The translations under genes and the position numbers were made by a program. Below the pieces are notes generated by a model, which worked only from the letters and a program-made list of their open reading frames with translations, searched no databases and was not told the origin of the DNA. This document shows positions 20,138 through 29,455 of a DNA stretch of 41,789 nt, one piece after another; within the stretch, counting starts at the first letter, position 1; every line of letters begins with the position of its first letter. Source of the stretch: Pseudomonadota bacterium (GTDB lineage: Bacteria; Pseudomonadota; Alphaproteobacteria; Rickettsiales; UBA1997); assembly GCA_009925685.1 (NCBI GenBank), contig RFYG01000002.1:1-41789 (forward strand), written 5' to 3'.

Positions 20138-20791
20138 ATGAAAAAAATTATTATTTTTTTAGCGCTTATCATGTCCACTGAATCTATAGCGCAGAACTCA
20201 CCCCCTAGAGCTTCAAATGCTCCAAAAAGCCAACCTCAAAATTCTCCAACCACCACTGCAAATATTTCAAAACAAACGCCACCGGCCCCCGAATCATCAT
20301 CAAATACAAACCCACCTTCTAAGGAGATTCAGAAAAGAATGGACGAAAGCAAAGATCTTGATCTATCTATTAAAAATCTAAGCCCCGAAAAAAGACAAAA
20401 ATTCAATAAAATTAATACCGATTTTATCGAAAAATTGACTAAGGTAAATAGCAAATTTGAGGCCAGTATTTCAAAAATCTCAAATATCAAAAATATTATG
20501 ATGATTAATGGTTATTTATTCCCCAATAAAAACAATCAAAATAGAGAGATGCCGAAAGAATTTCAGCAAACTTATAATAGTATGATAACTCAGTATAACA
20601 AACTCTCAAAAGAAAAAAGGAAAGCTACCAAGCAAGAAATTATTAAGTTCCGCAAAGAAATCATGGCTATTCAAAAAGAGCGCCGTAAACAGATCAAAGA
20701 TTTGTTTGGCAAAGATTATAGCATAATGTCAGAATCTGAAAGTGAAGAGCAAATCAAAAAAGATGAAGATTTACTGAAAAAAGAAAAGTAA
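20138..20791 (+). CDS. Secreted basic coiled-coil protein, paralog-like to the preceding gene
   Basis: The protein is 217 aa. The signal peptide is MKKIIIFLALIMSTESIA|Q, followed by a Pro/Ser/Asn-rich linker. It has LSPEKRQKF and LSKEKRKATKQEIIKFRKEIMAIQKERRKQIKDLFG. The second segment aligns by eye with the C-terminus of the upstream protein. Confidence 0.7.
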   Translation: MKKIIIFLALIMSTESIAQNSPPRASNAPKSQPQNSPTTTANISKQTPPAPESSSNTNPPSKEIQKRMDESKDLDLSIKNLSPEKRQKFNKINTDFIEKLTKVNSKFEASISKISNIKNIMMINGYLFPNKNNQNREMPKEFQQTYNSMITQYNKLSKEKRKATKQEIIKFRKEIMAIQKERRKQIKDLFGKDYSIMSESESEEQIKKDEDLLKKEK

Positions 20792-20806
20792 TATAGTTAA
20801 AAATTA

Positions 20807-20974
20807 TTATTTTTTAATCTTTTCAACTGCGCCCTTGTAGGATTCATTCAAAGAGTCAGTGATTTTTTTTACAGAAATTGCGTCGGGCACCTTATCTAAA
20901 ATCGCATTCTTTGCCTTGTTTACGTAAGGTAAGGCAAAGAATAAAATCATAATAAAAATTAATATTCTCAACAT
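20807..20974 (-). CDS. Possible 55-aa signal-anchored small protein (below the ORF-track cutoff)
   Basis: It runs from the ATG at 20972-20974 to the TAA at 20807-20809. The translation is MLRILIFIMILFFALPYVNKAKNAILDKVPDAISVKKITDSLNESYKGAVEKIKK, with a hydrophobic N-terminus and a charged tail. It fills an otherwise empty 264-bp gap. Confidence 0.3.
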   Translation of the reverse strand: MLRILIFIMILFFALPYVNKAKNAILDKVPDAISVKKITDSLNESYKGAVEKIKK

Positions 20975-21055
20975 TTTTAATTTGTAAATTGACTTCTAGG
21001 GGGGAATTACATAAAAATTTATATATCCCCAACCTAAAATACAAATCATAATTTA

Positions 21056-22339
21056 ATGAGAAATATTAAAAGCATTAAAGCGCTCCAAATTTTGGATTCG
21101 CGCGGTTATCCCACGATTGAAGCCACCATTGAACTTGAAAATGGCATTTTCGCTTCTTGCGCGGTTCCTTCTGGAGCATCAACAGGAAAGCTCGAAGCTC
21201 ATGAACTTCGCGATGACGATAAATCAAAATATCTCGGCAAATCCGTATTAAAAGCGGTCAATAATGTTAACAACTTAATTGCTCAAAAACTAGTTGGTAA
21301 AGACGCCTCGAAACAATCCGAAATCGACGAAATCTTGATTAATCTCGACGGAACATCTAACAAATCGCAACTTGGCGCAAACTCAATTTTAGCTGTTTCT
21401 CTAGCCTGCGCAAAAGCCAGCGCTAAATCTCAAAATCAACAATTATTCGAATATCTTGAAAACGGTTCAGGCGATCTCATGCCCGTTCCGATGATGAATA
21501 TTATCAACGGTGGCAAGCACGCCGATAATAAAATTGACATTCAAGAATTCATGATTGCTCCGGTGGGCGCTTCAAGTATTGAAGATGCTATTCGCGCTGG
21601 ATCCGAAATTTTTCACCACCTAAAAAATATTCTTAAACAAAATAATCTTAGCACGAGCGTTGGTGACGAAGGCGGATTCGCTCCCAATCTTGATTCCGCC
21701 AAGCAAGCTCTTGATCTAATTTCATCCGCTATTTTTAAAGCTGGTTACAAACTTGGTGATGACATTATGCTCGCTCTCGACTGCGCATCTTCTGAATTTT
21801 ATAACAATGGAACTTATAACATGACGGGAGAGGGCAAAAAACTTTCGGCCCACGAAATGGTCGAATATTATCAAGATTTGGTGAATAATTACCCAATTTT
21901 TTCAATCGAAGATCCGCTTGCGGAAGATGATTTTGACGGCTGGCAAATCATAACTCAAAAGCTGGGCAATAAAATTCAACTGGTTGGCGATGATTTGTTT
22001 GTAACCAATCCGCAGATATTGACAAATGGCATAAAAAAAGGCTTGGCCAACGCCGTTTTAATTAAAGTTAATCAGATTGGCACTCTTAGTGAAACCCTCG
22101 CAACCATCAATATCGCCAAAAAAGCCAATTATAACAATATAATTTCTCATCGCTCGGGGGAAACTGAAGATGCCACAATCGCTCATATTGCCGTGGCCAC
22201 CAATGCCGGACAAATCAAAACTGGCTCGCTATGTCGCTCAGATCGAACTGCAAAATATAACGAACTTCTTCGCATATCAAATCGCTTGGGATCAAGAGCC
22301 CGATATGCCGGAAAATCAATTCTCAAAATCAACTCTTAG
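21056..22339 (+). CDS. eno: Enolase
   Basis: The protein is 427 aa. It has [18 protein letters not shown], the metal and active-site blocks DCASSEFY and GDDLFVTN, and the enolase signature [13 protein letters not shown] plus SHRSGETED. Confidence 0.97.
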   Translation: MRNIKSIKALQILDSRGYPTIEATIELENGIFASCAVPSGASTGKLEAHELRDDDKSKYLGKSVLKAVNNVNNLIAQKLVGKDASKQSEIDEILINLDGTSNKSQLGANSILAVSLACAKASAKSQNQQLFEYLENGSGDLMPVPMMNIINGGKHADNKIDIQEFMIAPVGASSIEDAIRAGSEIFHHLKNILKQNNLSTSVGDEGGFAPNLDSAKQALDLISSAIFKAGYKLGDDIMLALDCASSEFYNNGTYNMTGEGKKLSAHEMVEYYQDLVNNYPIFSIEDPLAEDDFDGWQIITQKLGNKIQLVGDDLFVTNPQILTNGIKKGLANAVLIKVNQIGTLSETLATINIAKKANYNNIISHRSGETEDATIAHIAVATNAGQIKTGSLCRSDRTAKYNELLRISNRLGSRARYAGKSILKINS

Positions 22340-22345
22340 CATACC

Positions 22346-23203
22346 ATGACTCGCATATCTTACCTAAATGGGCAGTTTTTGCCTCATGAGCAATGCATGG
22401 TGCATATTGAAGATCGAGGTTTTCAATTTGCCGATGGGGCCTATGAGGTAACATTATTCGAAAATGGTCGACTTATTGATGGCGAGCCCCACCTCAATCG
22501 TTTAATGCGAAGCCTTAGAGAGCTCAATATCGAGCATGATTTTTCGATCGAAGAACTTCAAAAAATCCAACTAGAATTATTTGCCAAAAATAATTATAGC
22601 AAATCCGCCACTTGTTATATTCAAATCACTCGCGGAGTGGCACAGCGCCATCCGAGCTGTCCAAAAAACCTAAAACCGACTATTTGCGCAACGGTTTCAG
22701 CGCGCAAATCGGTAAGCGACGAAGAATTTATCAAAGGGTTTAAAGTAATGACTTCTCAAGATATTAGATGGCACCGTTGCGATATAAAAACTGTCAATTT
22801 ATTGGCCTCAACCCTTACCAATCAAAAAGCCAAAGACTTGGGGTTTGATGACGCACTTTTTGTTCGAGACAATATTGTAACCGAAGCGACTTATGCAAAT
22901 ATTTTTATGGTTGACGATCAAAACACCCTCGTCACCCATCCGGCTGACAACAATATTTTATGCGGAATAACTCGCAATCGACTTATTGCTCTTGCAAAAA
23001 ATCTCAATATTAGCGTGATTGAAAGAAGATTTACACTAGCAGAAATTATGAAGGCGCGAGAAGTATTTTTAACAAGCTCAAGCCTATTAATTAGGCCTGT
23101 TTTTTATATTAATGACCAAGAAATCGCTGGCAAAAAAGCGACCGCCAACCCTTCAATTGCAAAGATACTAAGCGATGCCTACGCCAACTTTATCAATGGC
23201 TAA
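22346..23203 (+). CDS. dat: Class IV aminotransferase, D-amino-acid (D-alanine) aminotransferase-like
   Basis: The protein is 285 aa. It has EDRGFQFADGAYEV, a lysine-containing CDIKTVNLL block, and GITR near the C-terminus. It could alternatively be an IlvE-type enzyme. Confidence 0.75.
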   Translation: MTRISYLNGQFLPHEQCMVHIEDRGFQFADGAYEVTLFENGRLIDGEPHLNRLMRSLRELNIEHDFSIEELQKIQLELFAKNNYSKSATCYIQITRGVAQRHPSCPKNLKPTICATVSARKSVSDEEFIKGFKVMTSQDIRWHRCDIKTVNLLASTLTNQKAKDLGFDDALFVRDNIVTEATYANIFMVDDQNTLVTHPADNNILCGITRNRLIALAKNLNISVIERRFTLAEIMKAREVFLTSSSLLIRPVFYINDQEIAGKKATANPSIAKILSDAYANFING

Positions 23204-23911
23204 TCTGACACTAGATTCTTCGATAAGTTGAATTAACTCTTTCTCAAATTCACTTCTCGGCAAACCGACTTCAATTGCCGGCAAAAATTCAATCAAAATA
23301 GTTCCGCGCTTTTTTAAAGCCCTATGTTTTGGCCAATAAATTCCTGAGTTTAAAGCAACCGGAACAACTTTAACATTACAAGCTTTGTAGAGCGCGCTTA
23401 TGCCTGATTGATAAGGATATTGATCAATTTTTGCTCCAACCCCAACGCGGGTCCCTTGCGGAAAAATTACAATCGATTGGCCATGCGCAAGATAATATTT
23501 GGCCTGATTTACAACACCTTTAAGAGATTGCGCGCCACCTTTGCGATCAACTTTTATGCCACTCATTACTTTTAAAAACCAACCATAAAATGGGATTAAC
23601 TCTAATTCTTTTTTGTAAGCGTAGACCGGACGTTTAATTATCAAATGCATTATAATGGTTTCCCACATCGACTGATGCTTGCATGCGAAGATACATGGTT
23701 CAAGCAATATATTTTTTGCGCCAATAATTTTATAGTCGATCCCGCATATTTTTCTTAACATCCAAATAGAAAATTGTGACCAAATTTTGGCACCAAAATC
23801 GGCGATTTTTCTGCTTCTAAAAAGTATCGAGGGTAATAAAAAAATCAAAGGAATAAGCGCGCCCCACAAATTTATGAACAACAAAAAGAACATCGAAAGC
23901 AACAACTGCAT
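23168..23911 (-). CDS. plsC: 1-acyl-sn-glycerol-3-phosphate acyltransferase
   Basis: The protein is 247 aa with an N-terminal TM segment. Its acyltransferase motifs are a CKHQSMWET variant of block I, VDRKG in block II and FPQGTR in block III. Confidence 0.85.
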   Translation of the reverse strand: MQLLLSMFFLLFINLWGALIPLIFLLPSILFRSRKIADFGAKIWSQFSIWMLRKICGIDYKIIGAKNILLEPCIFACKHQSMWETIIMHLIIKRPVYAYKKELELIPFYGWFLKVMSGIKVDRKGGAQSLKGVVNQAKYYLAHGQSIVIFPQGTRVGVGAKIDQYPYQSGISALYKACNVKVVPVALNSGIYWPKHRALKKRGTILIEFLPAIEVGLPRSEFEKELIQLIEESSVRLAIDKVGVGIA

Positions 23912-23935
23912 GACCTAAATTGGTAAAGATTTTAG

Positions 23936-24010
23936 TGGTGCCGGATGTCGGGTTCGAACTGACGACCTACTGTTTACAAGACAGTTGCTCTACCGCTGAG
24001 CTAATCCGGC
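23936..24010 (-). tRNA. tRNA-Thr (anticodon UGU)
   Basis: The reverse complement is GCCGGATTAGCTCAGCGGTAGAGCAACTGTCTTGTAAACAGTAGGTCGTCAGTTCGAACCCGACATCCGGCACCA. It forms a cloverleaf with anticodon loop CTTGTAA. The T stem has one A-C mismatch and CCA is encoded. Confidence 0.87.
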
Positions 24011-24104
24011 TAGAAAAGGAATTAAATAAATTTAGCGAAAATTACTGGGTAAATTTCGTGGTTCAATTTATGGAAGTTTAAAGCGGAAATTTAGTAAGGT
24101 TTGG

Positions 24105-24132
24105 ATTGTAAAATTCGATAAAAAAACTGCAA
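24105..24132 (-). promoter_or_regulatory. Candidate sigma-70 promoter for tRNA-Thr and plsC
   Basis: On the minus strand the -35 is TTGCAG (24127-24132), the spacer is 16 nt and the -10 is TACAAT (24105-24110). It lies just downstream of the preceding terminator and about 95 nt upstream of the tRNA. AT-rich DNA produces many chance matches of this kind. Confidence 0.35.
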
Positions 24133-24164
24133 GTTTTTTTACCACAAAAAATTTTGAAAAAATC

Positions 24165-24214
24165 TAAAAAAAACCAAAAAAAATCGGGTTGTATCGCTAG
24201 AAACAACCCGATTT
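24165..24214 (-). terminator. Rho-independent terminator of the Lys-rich secreted protein gene
   Basis: A 12-bp stem pairs 24181-24192 with 24203-24214 (aaatcgggttgt / acaacccgattt). The loop is 10 nt. On the minus strand it is followed by TTTTTGGTTTTTTTT. Confidence 0.75.
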
Positions 24215-24227
24215 AAAATATATCAAA

Positions 24228-24575
24228 CTATTTTCTTTCACCTGTTGTAGAAGACGGAACTTGTACTGCAGATGGAGGAGTTACAGAGGCGTCTTTAGAA
24301 ACTTCGGCTTTAGCTTTTTTAGATTTTTTAGTTTCAACTTTTGGAGTTTCAACTGAACCAGCAACTGGAGCGGTTCCAGAAACATCTTTAGAAACTTCAG
24401 CTTTAGCTTTTTCGGCTTTAGCTTTTTTAGGTTTTTTAGTTTCAACTTTTGGAGTTTCAACTGAACCAGCAACTGGGGCTTGAACATTAGAAGCCGAGGT
24501 TGAAGCTGGGGTTTGAGCATTGGCAGAAGAAGCAAATAAAGCAACAACTGCAAGGATTAGTGAAATTTTTTTCAT
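24228..24575 (-). CDS. Secreted Lys/Ala/Pro-rich repeat protein
   Basis: The protein is 115 aa. The signal peptide is MKKISLILAVVALFASSANA|Q. The block APVAGSVETPKVETKK(P/S)KKAKAE...VSKD occurs twice. The gene has its own strong terminator. Confidence 0.7.
   Translation of the reverse strand: MKKISLILAVVALFASSANAQTPASTSASNVQAPVAGSVETPKVETKKPKKAKAEKAKAEVSKDVSGTAPVAGSVETPKVETKKSKKAKAEVSKDASVTPPSAVQVPSSTTGERK
24307..24476. repeat. Intragenic tandem duplication with a 108-nt period
   Basis: The segments 24307-24368 and 24415-24476 are identical at 61 of 62 positions, differing by one A/G. The 108-nt offset equals 36 codons, so the reading frame is preserved. Confidence 0.85.
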
Positions 24576-24793
24576 ATATTTTAAAAATAGATTTGTTTCT
24601 GAACTTTAGGACGCCAACACTTCGCAACAAAAAGCCGATTTAAAAATTGTTTTACAATTCTGTCGAGGGATTTTTACTGGAAACGCAGGCAGGCCAAAAA
24701 AAATAAGATTGATAAATAGTTTGTCAACAGAGATTCTTAAAAAGATTTATTTGTGGTTGTTATATAACAATTGTTGTTAATTTTGCTTAGTTG

Positions 24794-25687
24794 TTATTTG
24801 GTTCTATTAACAACAAAATCGACCAAATCGACCAATAACCGAGCTCTCTCTCCAAAAATTCTGACATGCTCTTTGGCTTGCTCTTTGATGAAGTCGAGCT
24901 GTTGCTTAGATTTTTCTAAACCAATTATATCAACAATGCTGGTATTTTCTTTGGGTTTTTTATGGGAAAATTCATCTATTGGATTGACAATTGAGCCGTC
25001 GCAATGGTCAAGAATGTCGTCTTTAATTTGAAAGGCTAAACCCAAATCGTGAGCATAGTGCCGAATTGCTTTGCGCTGATCGCTATTGGCCCCGCCGAGA
25101 ACCGCTCCACACTCGGCACAAGCCATAAATAACTCACCGGTTTTGAGTCGATGAATATTAACGATTTGTTCCTTAGAAATTTGATTGTTGATATTTTCGA
25201 TATCAATCATTTGTCCGCCCACCATTCCTTTGTAACCAGCAGAATTGGCTATAATTCTAATAATTTCGCAACGAATTTCGGGATTCGAATGCGCTTCGGG
25301 GCTTGACAAAATTTCAAACGCATAGGTGAGTAGACCATCTCCGGCCAAAATTGCGGTCGCTTCATCAAATTTTTTATGATTTGATGGCTTGCCACGCCGA
25401 AAATCGTCATTATCCATGGCGGGCAAATCATCGTGAATTAATGAATAAACGTGAACAAACTCCAAAGCGCAAGCCACCGCAATAGTTTTGCTGGAAGGAA
25501 ACCCAAAAATATTGGCACTGGCCATTAATAAGAATGGACGGATTCTTTTGCCTTGAGATAAAGCCGAATAACGCATGGATTCGACTATTTTGGATTCAGA
25601 ATAATTAGCCGGCAACAATTCGTCCATGGCCCTCTGAACTACATAAGAATAACCCAACATTGATTCTTGGAGCGTGACAAACTGCAT
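24794..25687 (-). CDS. ispA: Polyprenyl diphosphate synthase (farnesyl / geranylgeranyl diphosphate synthase)
   Basis: The protein is 297 aa. The first Asp-rich motif is LIHDDLPAMDNDDFRRGKP. The second is the DDILD-type motif FQIKDDILD. Confidence 0.85.
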   Translation of the reverse strand: MQFVTLQESMLGYSYVVQRAMDELLPANYSESKIVESMRYSALSQGKRIRPFLLMASANIFGFPSSKTIAVACALEFVHVYSLIHDDLPAMDNDDFRRGKPSNHKKFDEATAILAGDGLLTYAFEILSSPEAHSNPEIRCEIIRIIANSAGYKGMVGGQMIDIENINNQISKEQIVNIHRLKTGELFMACAECGAVLGGANSDQRKAIRHYAHDLGLAFQIKDDILDHCDGSIVNPIDEFSHKKPKENTSIVDIIGLEKSKQQLDFIKEQAKEHVRIFGERARLLVDLVDFVVNRTK

Positions 25688-25704
25688 TTAATTTAAGATT
25701 TAAT

Positions 25705-28665
25705 TTAAGATTTTAATGATTTAGCTAGATATTTGCCCGTCACCGAATTTTTATCTTTAGCAACAGCTTCGGGAGTTCCTTGGGCAACAATATATCCACC
25801 CTTCTCTCCGCCCGATGGACCAATATCAATGATCCAGTCGGCAGTTTTTAAAACATCAAGATTGTGTTCGATTACTAAAATAGAATTGCCAGAGTCAACG
25901 AGTTTATGCAAAACTTTTAATAATTTATTGATGTCTTCAAAATGCAGTCCTGTTGTGGGCTCATCGAGTATATATAATGTGTCGCCCGTTGCTTTGCGAC
26001 TTAACTCTTTAGCTAACTTGATACGCTGAGCTTCGCCCCCCGAAAGCGTCGTAGCGCTTTGTCCAATTTTAATGTAACCCAAGCCAACATCGCAAAGGGC
26101 CTTAAACTTTTCTTGAATATGAGGCATGTTTGAAAAAAAACCAAAAGCGTCCTCAGCGGTCATTTCAAGGATATCTGAGATTGATTTATCTTTATATTTA
26201 ATTTCAAGAGTTTCGCGGTTATAGCGCTTGCCGTAGCAAGTTTCACAGCGCACATAAACATCTGGCAAAAAGTGCATTTCGATTTTGATAACGCCATCGC
26301 CTTGACAAGTCTCACATCTCCCACCCTTAACATTGAACGAAAATCTTCCAACTTTATAGCCTCGAGCTTTTGACTCGGGCAAATTGGCATAAAACTCGCG
26401 AATAAATGTAAATGCTCCAATGTAGGTACAAGGGTTTGAGCGAGGAGTTCTGCCAATTGGCGATTGATCAATTTCAATAATTTTATCAATTAAATGATGC
26501 CCAGAAAGACCTTGATAAGGCCCCGGCACAACTCGAGCTTTGTTGATAATTTTATCGAGAGCAGGAAACAGGGTTTTGATGATCAAGCTAGATTTTCCTC
26601 CGCCCGATATTCCAGATACCGCAACAAAAATTTTAAGAGGCAAGTCGAGATCAACATTCTTAAGATTATTTAGCGTTGCGCCCTTTAGACGGATAACCTT
26701 TTGATTATCAATTTTGCGTCTCTTTTTTGGAATATCGATGGTTTTTTTGCCACTAAGATATTGTCCCGTAATGCTGTTGTCGTCTTGAATAACAAAATCA
26801 GGTTTACCCGACGAAATAATTTTACCTCCATGGATACCAGCCCCAGGACCCACATCAATCAGATATTGAGCTTCGCGCATCATTTCTTCGTCATGCTCAA
26901 CCACGATAACAGAATTTCCAAGATCGCGTAAATTTTTTAGGGTAGTTATTAACTTATCGTTGTCGGATTGATGAAGCCCAATCGACGGCTCATCTAAGAC
27001 ATAAATTACACCCGACAATCCTGAACCAATTTGCGAAGCCAAGCGAATGCGTTGCGCCTCTCCACCCGAAAGCGTTCCAGCTTCGCGATTAACAGTTAAA
27101 TATTCCAATCCAACATTCGACAAAAAACCGAGTCGTCTTGTAATTTCAATTAAAAGCCTGTCAGCTATTTGCAACTGCATTTGGGACAAGGCTTTTGGTA
27201 AATTTTTAAACCAGTCAATTGATTTTTCGACCGATAGCCTACTAACTTCGCCGATATGAAGACCGCCAATTTTAACCGAAAGAGCTTGGGGGTTCAAACG
27301 ATGACCATCGCAAACTTCACATTTTTTGGTTGCTTGATATTTCAAAAACTCTTCACCGCCATCTTCGTTGGCTTTTTCTTCAATGCGTTTTTTGAGGCTA
27401 TTAACGATGCCATCAAATGATTTTTTTATTTTTATCGCCTTAAGCCCATCTTCGATTTTAAGTTCGATTTCTTCATCGCCAGTTCCATAAAAAATTTTGT
27501 TTTTGATTTCGTCGGACAAAGTTTTAAAAGGCACATCAAGACTAAATTTATAGTGACTCGCCATGGCCGATAATATTTGTTGATAGAACCGCTCTTGAAC
27601 GCCTTGCCACATCGAAATGGCCCCTTGGCGCAAGGACAAATTTTCGTCTTCGACTAATAAATCAGTGCTAAAATAACGCTCAACTCCGAGGCCGTCGCAA
27701 TGTTTGCAAGCGCCGAATGGCGAATTAAAAGAAAATAATCTTGGCTCAATTTCTGAGATAGTAAAGCCCGACACCGGACAAGAAAATTTTTCACTAAACA
27801 AAACCACTTCGCCAACTTTAGCGGTCAAAAGTTCGTTTGATGAGTTGGAGAAATTTTCTTCAATAATTTCGCTGGATTTTAAAGTTGATTTTTTGGTTTT
27901 TGTTTTAACGCCGGATTTAATTTCGCTTGAACTATCGGGGAAACTTACAATTTCAATACACATCAAACCATCAGCAATTTTGAGGGCAGTTTCAACCGAG
28001 TCAGCGACGCGATTACCAAGGTCTTCGGCAATAACAATTCTATCGACAACAATTTCGATATCATGTTTTTTGTTTTTGTCTAATTGCGGAAGAATTTCGT
28101 TTAAATCATGAACTTTGCCGTCAACTTTGATACGCTGAAAGCCTTGCTTTCTAGCGTTCATCATCTCTTTTCTGAACTCGCCTTTTTGCGCGCGAACAAT
28201 CGGGGCCAAAATATAAATTCTAGACTTTTTTGGAAGCGACAAAATTTTATCAACAATTACTGAGGATGATTGGCTTTGAATAGGCTTGCCTGTAGCTGGC
28301 GAATATGGCACTCCAATTCTAGCAAATAATAAACGATAATGATCGTAAATTTCGGTAACGGTTCCAACTGTTGAGCGCGGGTTGCGTGAAGTGGTTTTTT
28401 GATCAATAGCAATTGCCGGAGAAAGGCCAGTTATTGACTCAACATCGGGCTTATCTTGCATGTCTAAAAATTGACGCGCATAGGCTGATAAACTTTCGAT
28501 AAAACGACGCTGTCCTTCGGCATAAATAGTATCAAAAACCAGCGATGACTTGCCTGACCCACTAAGCCCAGTTACAACTACTAATTCGTTTTTCGGAATT
28601 TCAATGCTGACATTTTTTAAATTATGCTCTTTGGCGCCGACGACTTTGATAAATTTTTCTTCCAT
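25705..28665 (-). CDS. uvrA: Excinuclease ABC subunit A
   Basis: The protein is 986 aa. It has two ABC modules, GLSGSGKSS and GISGGGKSS, each with LSGGEAQRI and LDEP(S/T)xGLH. It also has the zinc-finger cysteines CxxCxG... Confidence 0.97.
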   Translation of the reverse strand: MEEKFIKVVGAKEHNLKNVSIEIPKNELVVVTGLSGSGKSSLVFDTIYAEGQRRFIESLSAYARQFLDMQDKPDVESITGLSPAIAIDQKTTSRNPRSTVGTVTEIYDHYRLLFARIGVPYSPATGKPIQSQSSSVIVDKILSLPKKSRIYILAPIVRAQKGEFRKEMMNARKQGFQRIKVDGKVHDLNEILPQLDKNKKHDIEIVVDRIVIAEDLGNRVADSVETALKIADGLMCIEIVSFPDSSSEIKSGVKTKTKKSTLKSSEIIEENFSNSSNELLTAKVGEVVLFSEKFSCPVSGFTISEIEPRLFSFNSPFGACKHCDGLGVERYFSTDLLVEDENLSLRQGAISMWQGVQERFYQQILSAMASHYKFSLDVPFKTLSDEIKNKIFYGTGDEEIELKIEDGLKAIKIKKSFDGIVNSLKKRIEEKANEDGGEEFLKYQATKKCEVCDGHRLNPQALSVKIGGLHIGEVSRLSVEKSIDWFKNLPKALSQMQLQIADRLLIEITRRLGFLSNVGLEYLTVNREAGTLSGGEAQRIRLASQIGSGLSGVIYVLDEPSIGLHQSDNDKLITTLKNLRDLGNSVIVVEHDEEMMREAQYLIDVGPGAGIHGGKIISSGKPDFVIQDDNSITGQYLSGKKTIDIPKKRRKIDNQKVIRLKGATLNNLKNVDLDLPLKIFVAVSGISGGGKSSLIIKTLFPALDKIINKARVVPGPYQGLSGHHLIDKIIEIDQSPIGRTPRSNPCTYIGAFTFIREFYANLPESKARGYKVGRFSFNVKGGRCETCQGDGVIKIEMHFLPDVYVRCETCYGKRYNRETLEIKYKDKSISDILEMTAEDAFGFFSNMPHIQEKFKALCDVGLGYIKIGQSATTLSGGEAQRIKLAKELSRKATGDTLYILDEPTTGLHFEDINKLLKVLHKLVDSGNSILVIEHNLDVLKTADWIIDIGPSGGEKGGYIVAQGTPEAVAKDKNSVTGKYLAKSLKS

Positions 28666-28840
28666 GAAATTGTTTGCTAGATTAATTGTGAATGTGGCTT
28701 GAAGGGTAAAGATTTAATACATCGCAATAAAATATGCTATCAGTATTTTGGTTTTTTAAAAATTAAAATTTGTGCTTTTAACAAAATATTTTATCCAAAA
28801 AAAGGGGTAAAAACCTATAAATGTTTAATTTTAAATTATG

Positions 28841-29455
28841 TTAAAGAGTCAATATCAACTTATCGCGATAAAATTCATATTTATAGAATCGCTTTAAAAA
28901 ACTCATTCCAAGCAATGGCACCGAAAGCTCAGAACTCGTAACCGATGCCGAAACGTTGTAAAACTTAACGCCTGCCACATCTATTTCATTAAAATATGTA
29001 GAGGCTCCCGAAACCTCTCCGTTGGCGGTTCGAAATATTTTGTCATAATATAAATTTTCGATATTTATGCCTAATTTTGAAGCGAGTTTTTTGTCAATAA
29101 CTAAATCACTTGCGCCCGTATCAATCATAAATTTTATGGACTGATTATTGATTTTAATAGTTAAGTAATAGTGATTATCTTGAGATACAGAAATAACTAA
29201 TTGTTCGTTATTTTTGTTGATTGGTTTAGAAGGAAAAAGGTCGGAAGAAATGCGCTCCTTGGTGTCGCTAATTTCAAATCTAAAACTATAAAATGCCAAC
29301 AAAGCCAAGCCAATCCCAGACCAAATTGCGATATATTTGATAATTTTTTGAGTGGGCATTTGTCGATTTAAAAAACCCATCAACAAAACAATTATTAGGA
29401 TTAAAAGATATATTACGTTGCTTATTTCATGTGATGAAGGCGCGCTATAATCCAT
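28841..29455 (-). CDS. Membrane-anchored retropepsin-like (clan AA) aspartic protease
   Basis: The protein is 204 aa with two N-terminal TM helices. The soluble domain carries the single catalytic triad D-T-G (IDTGASDLV, codons 29114-29122). This matches the TIGR02281 / Rickettsia APRc-type architecture. Confidence 0.75.
   Translation of the reverse strand: MDYSAPSSHEISNVIYLLILIIVLLMGFLNRQMPTQKIIKYIAIWSGIGLALLAFYSFRFEISDTKERISSDLFPSKPINKNNEQLVISVSQDNHYYLTIKINNQSIKFMIDTGASDLVIDKKLASKLGINIENLYYDKIFRTANGEVSGASTYFNEIDVAGVKFYNVSASVTSSELSVPLLGMSFLKRFYKYEFYRDKLILTL

Noticed and set aside
24281-24553. A same-strand alternate-frame ORF (90 aa, Leu/Lys-rich) inside the repeat protein gene.
   Set aside because: It is a by-product of the repeat. 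It has no signal peptide or independent start context, and the other frame gives a coherent secreted protein.
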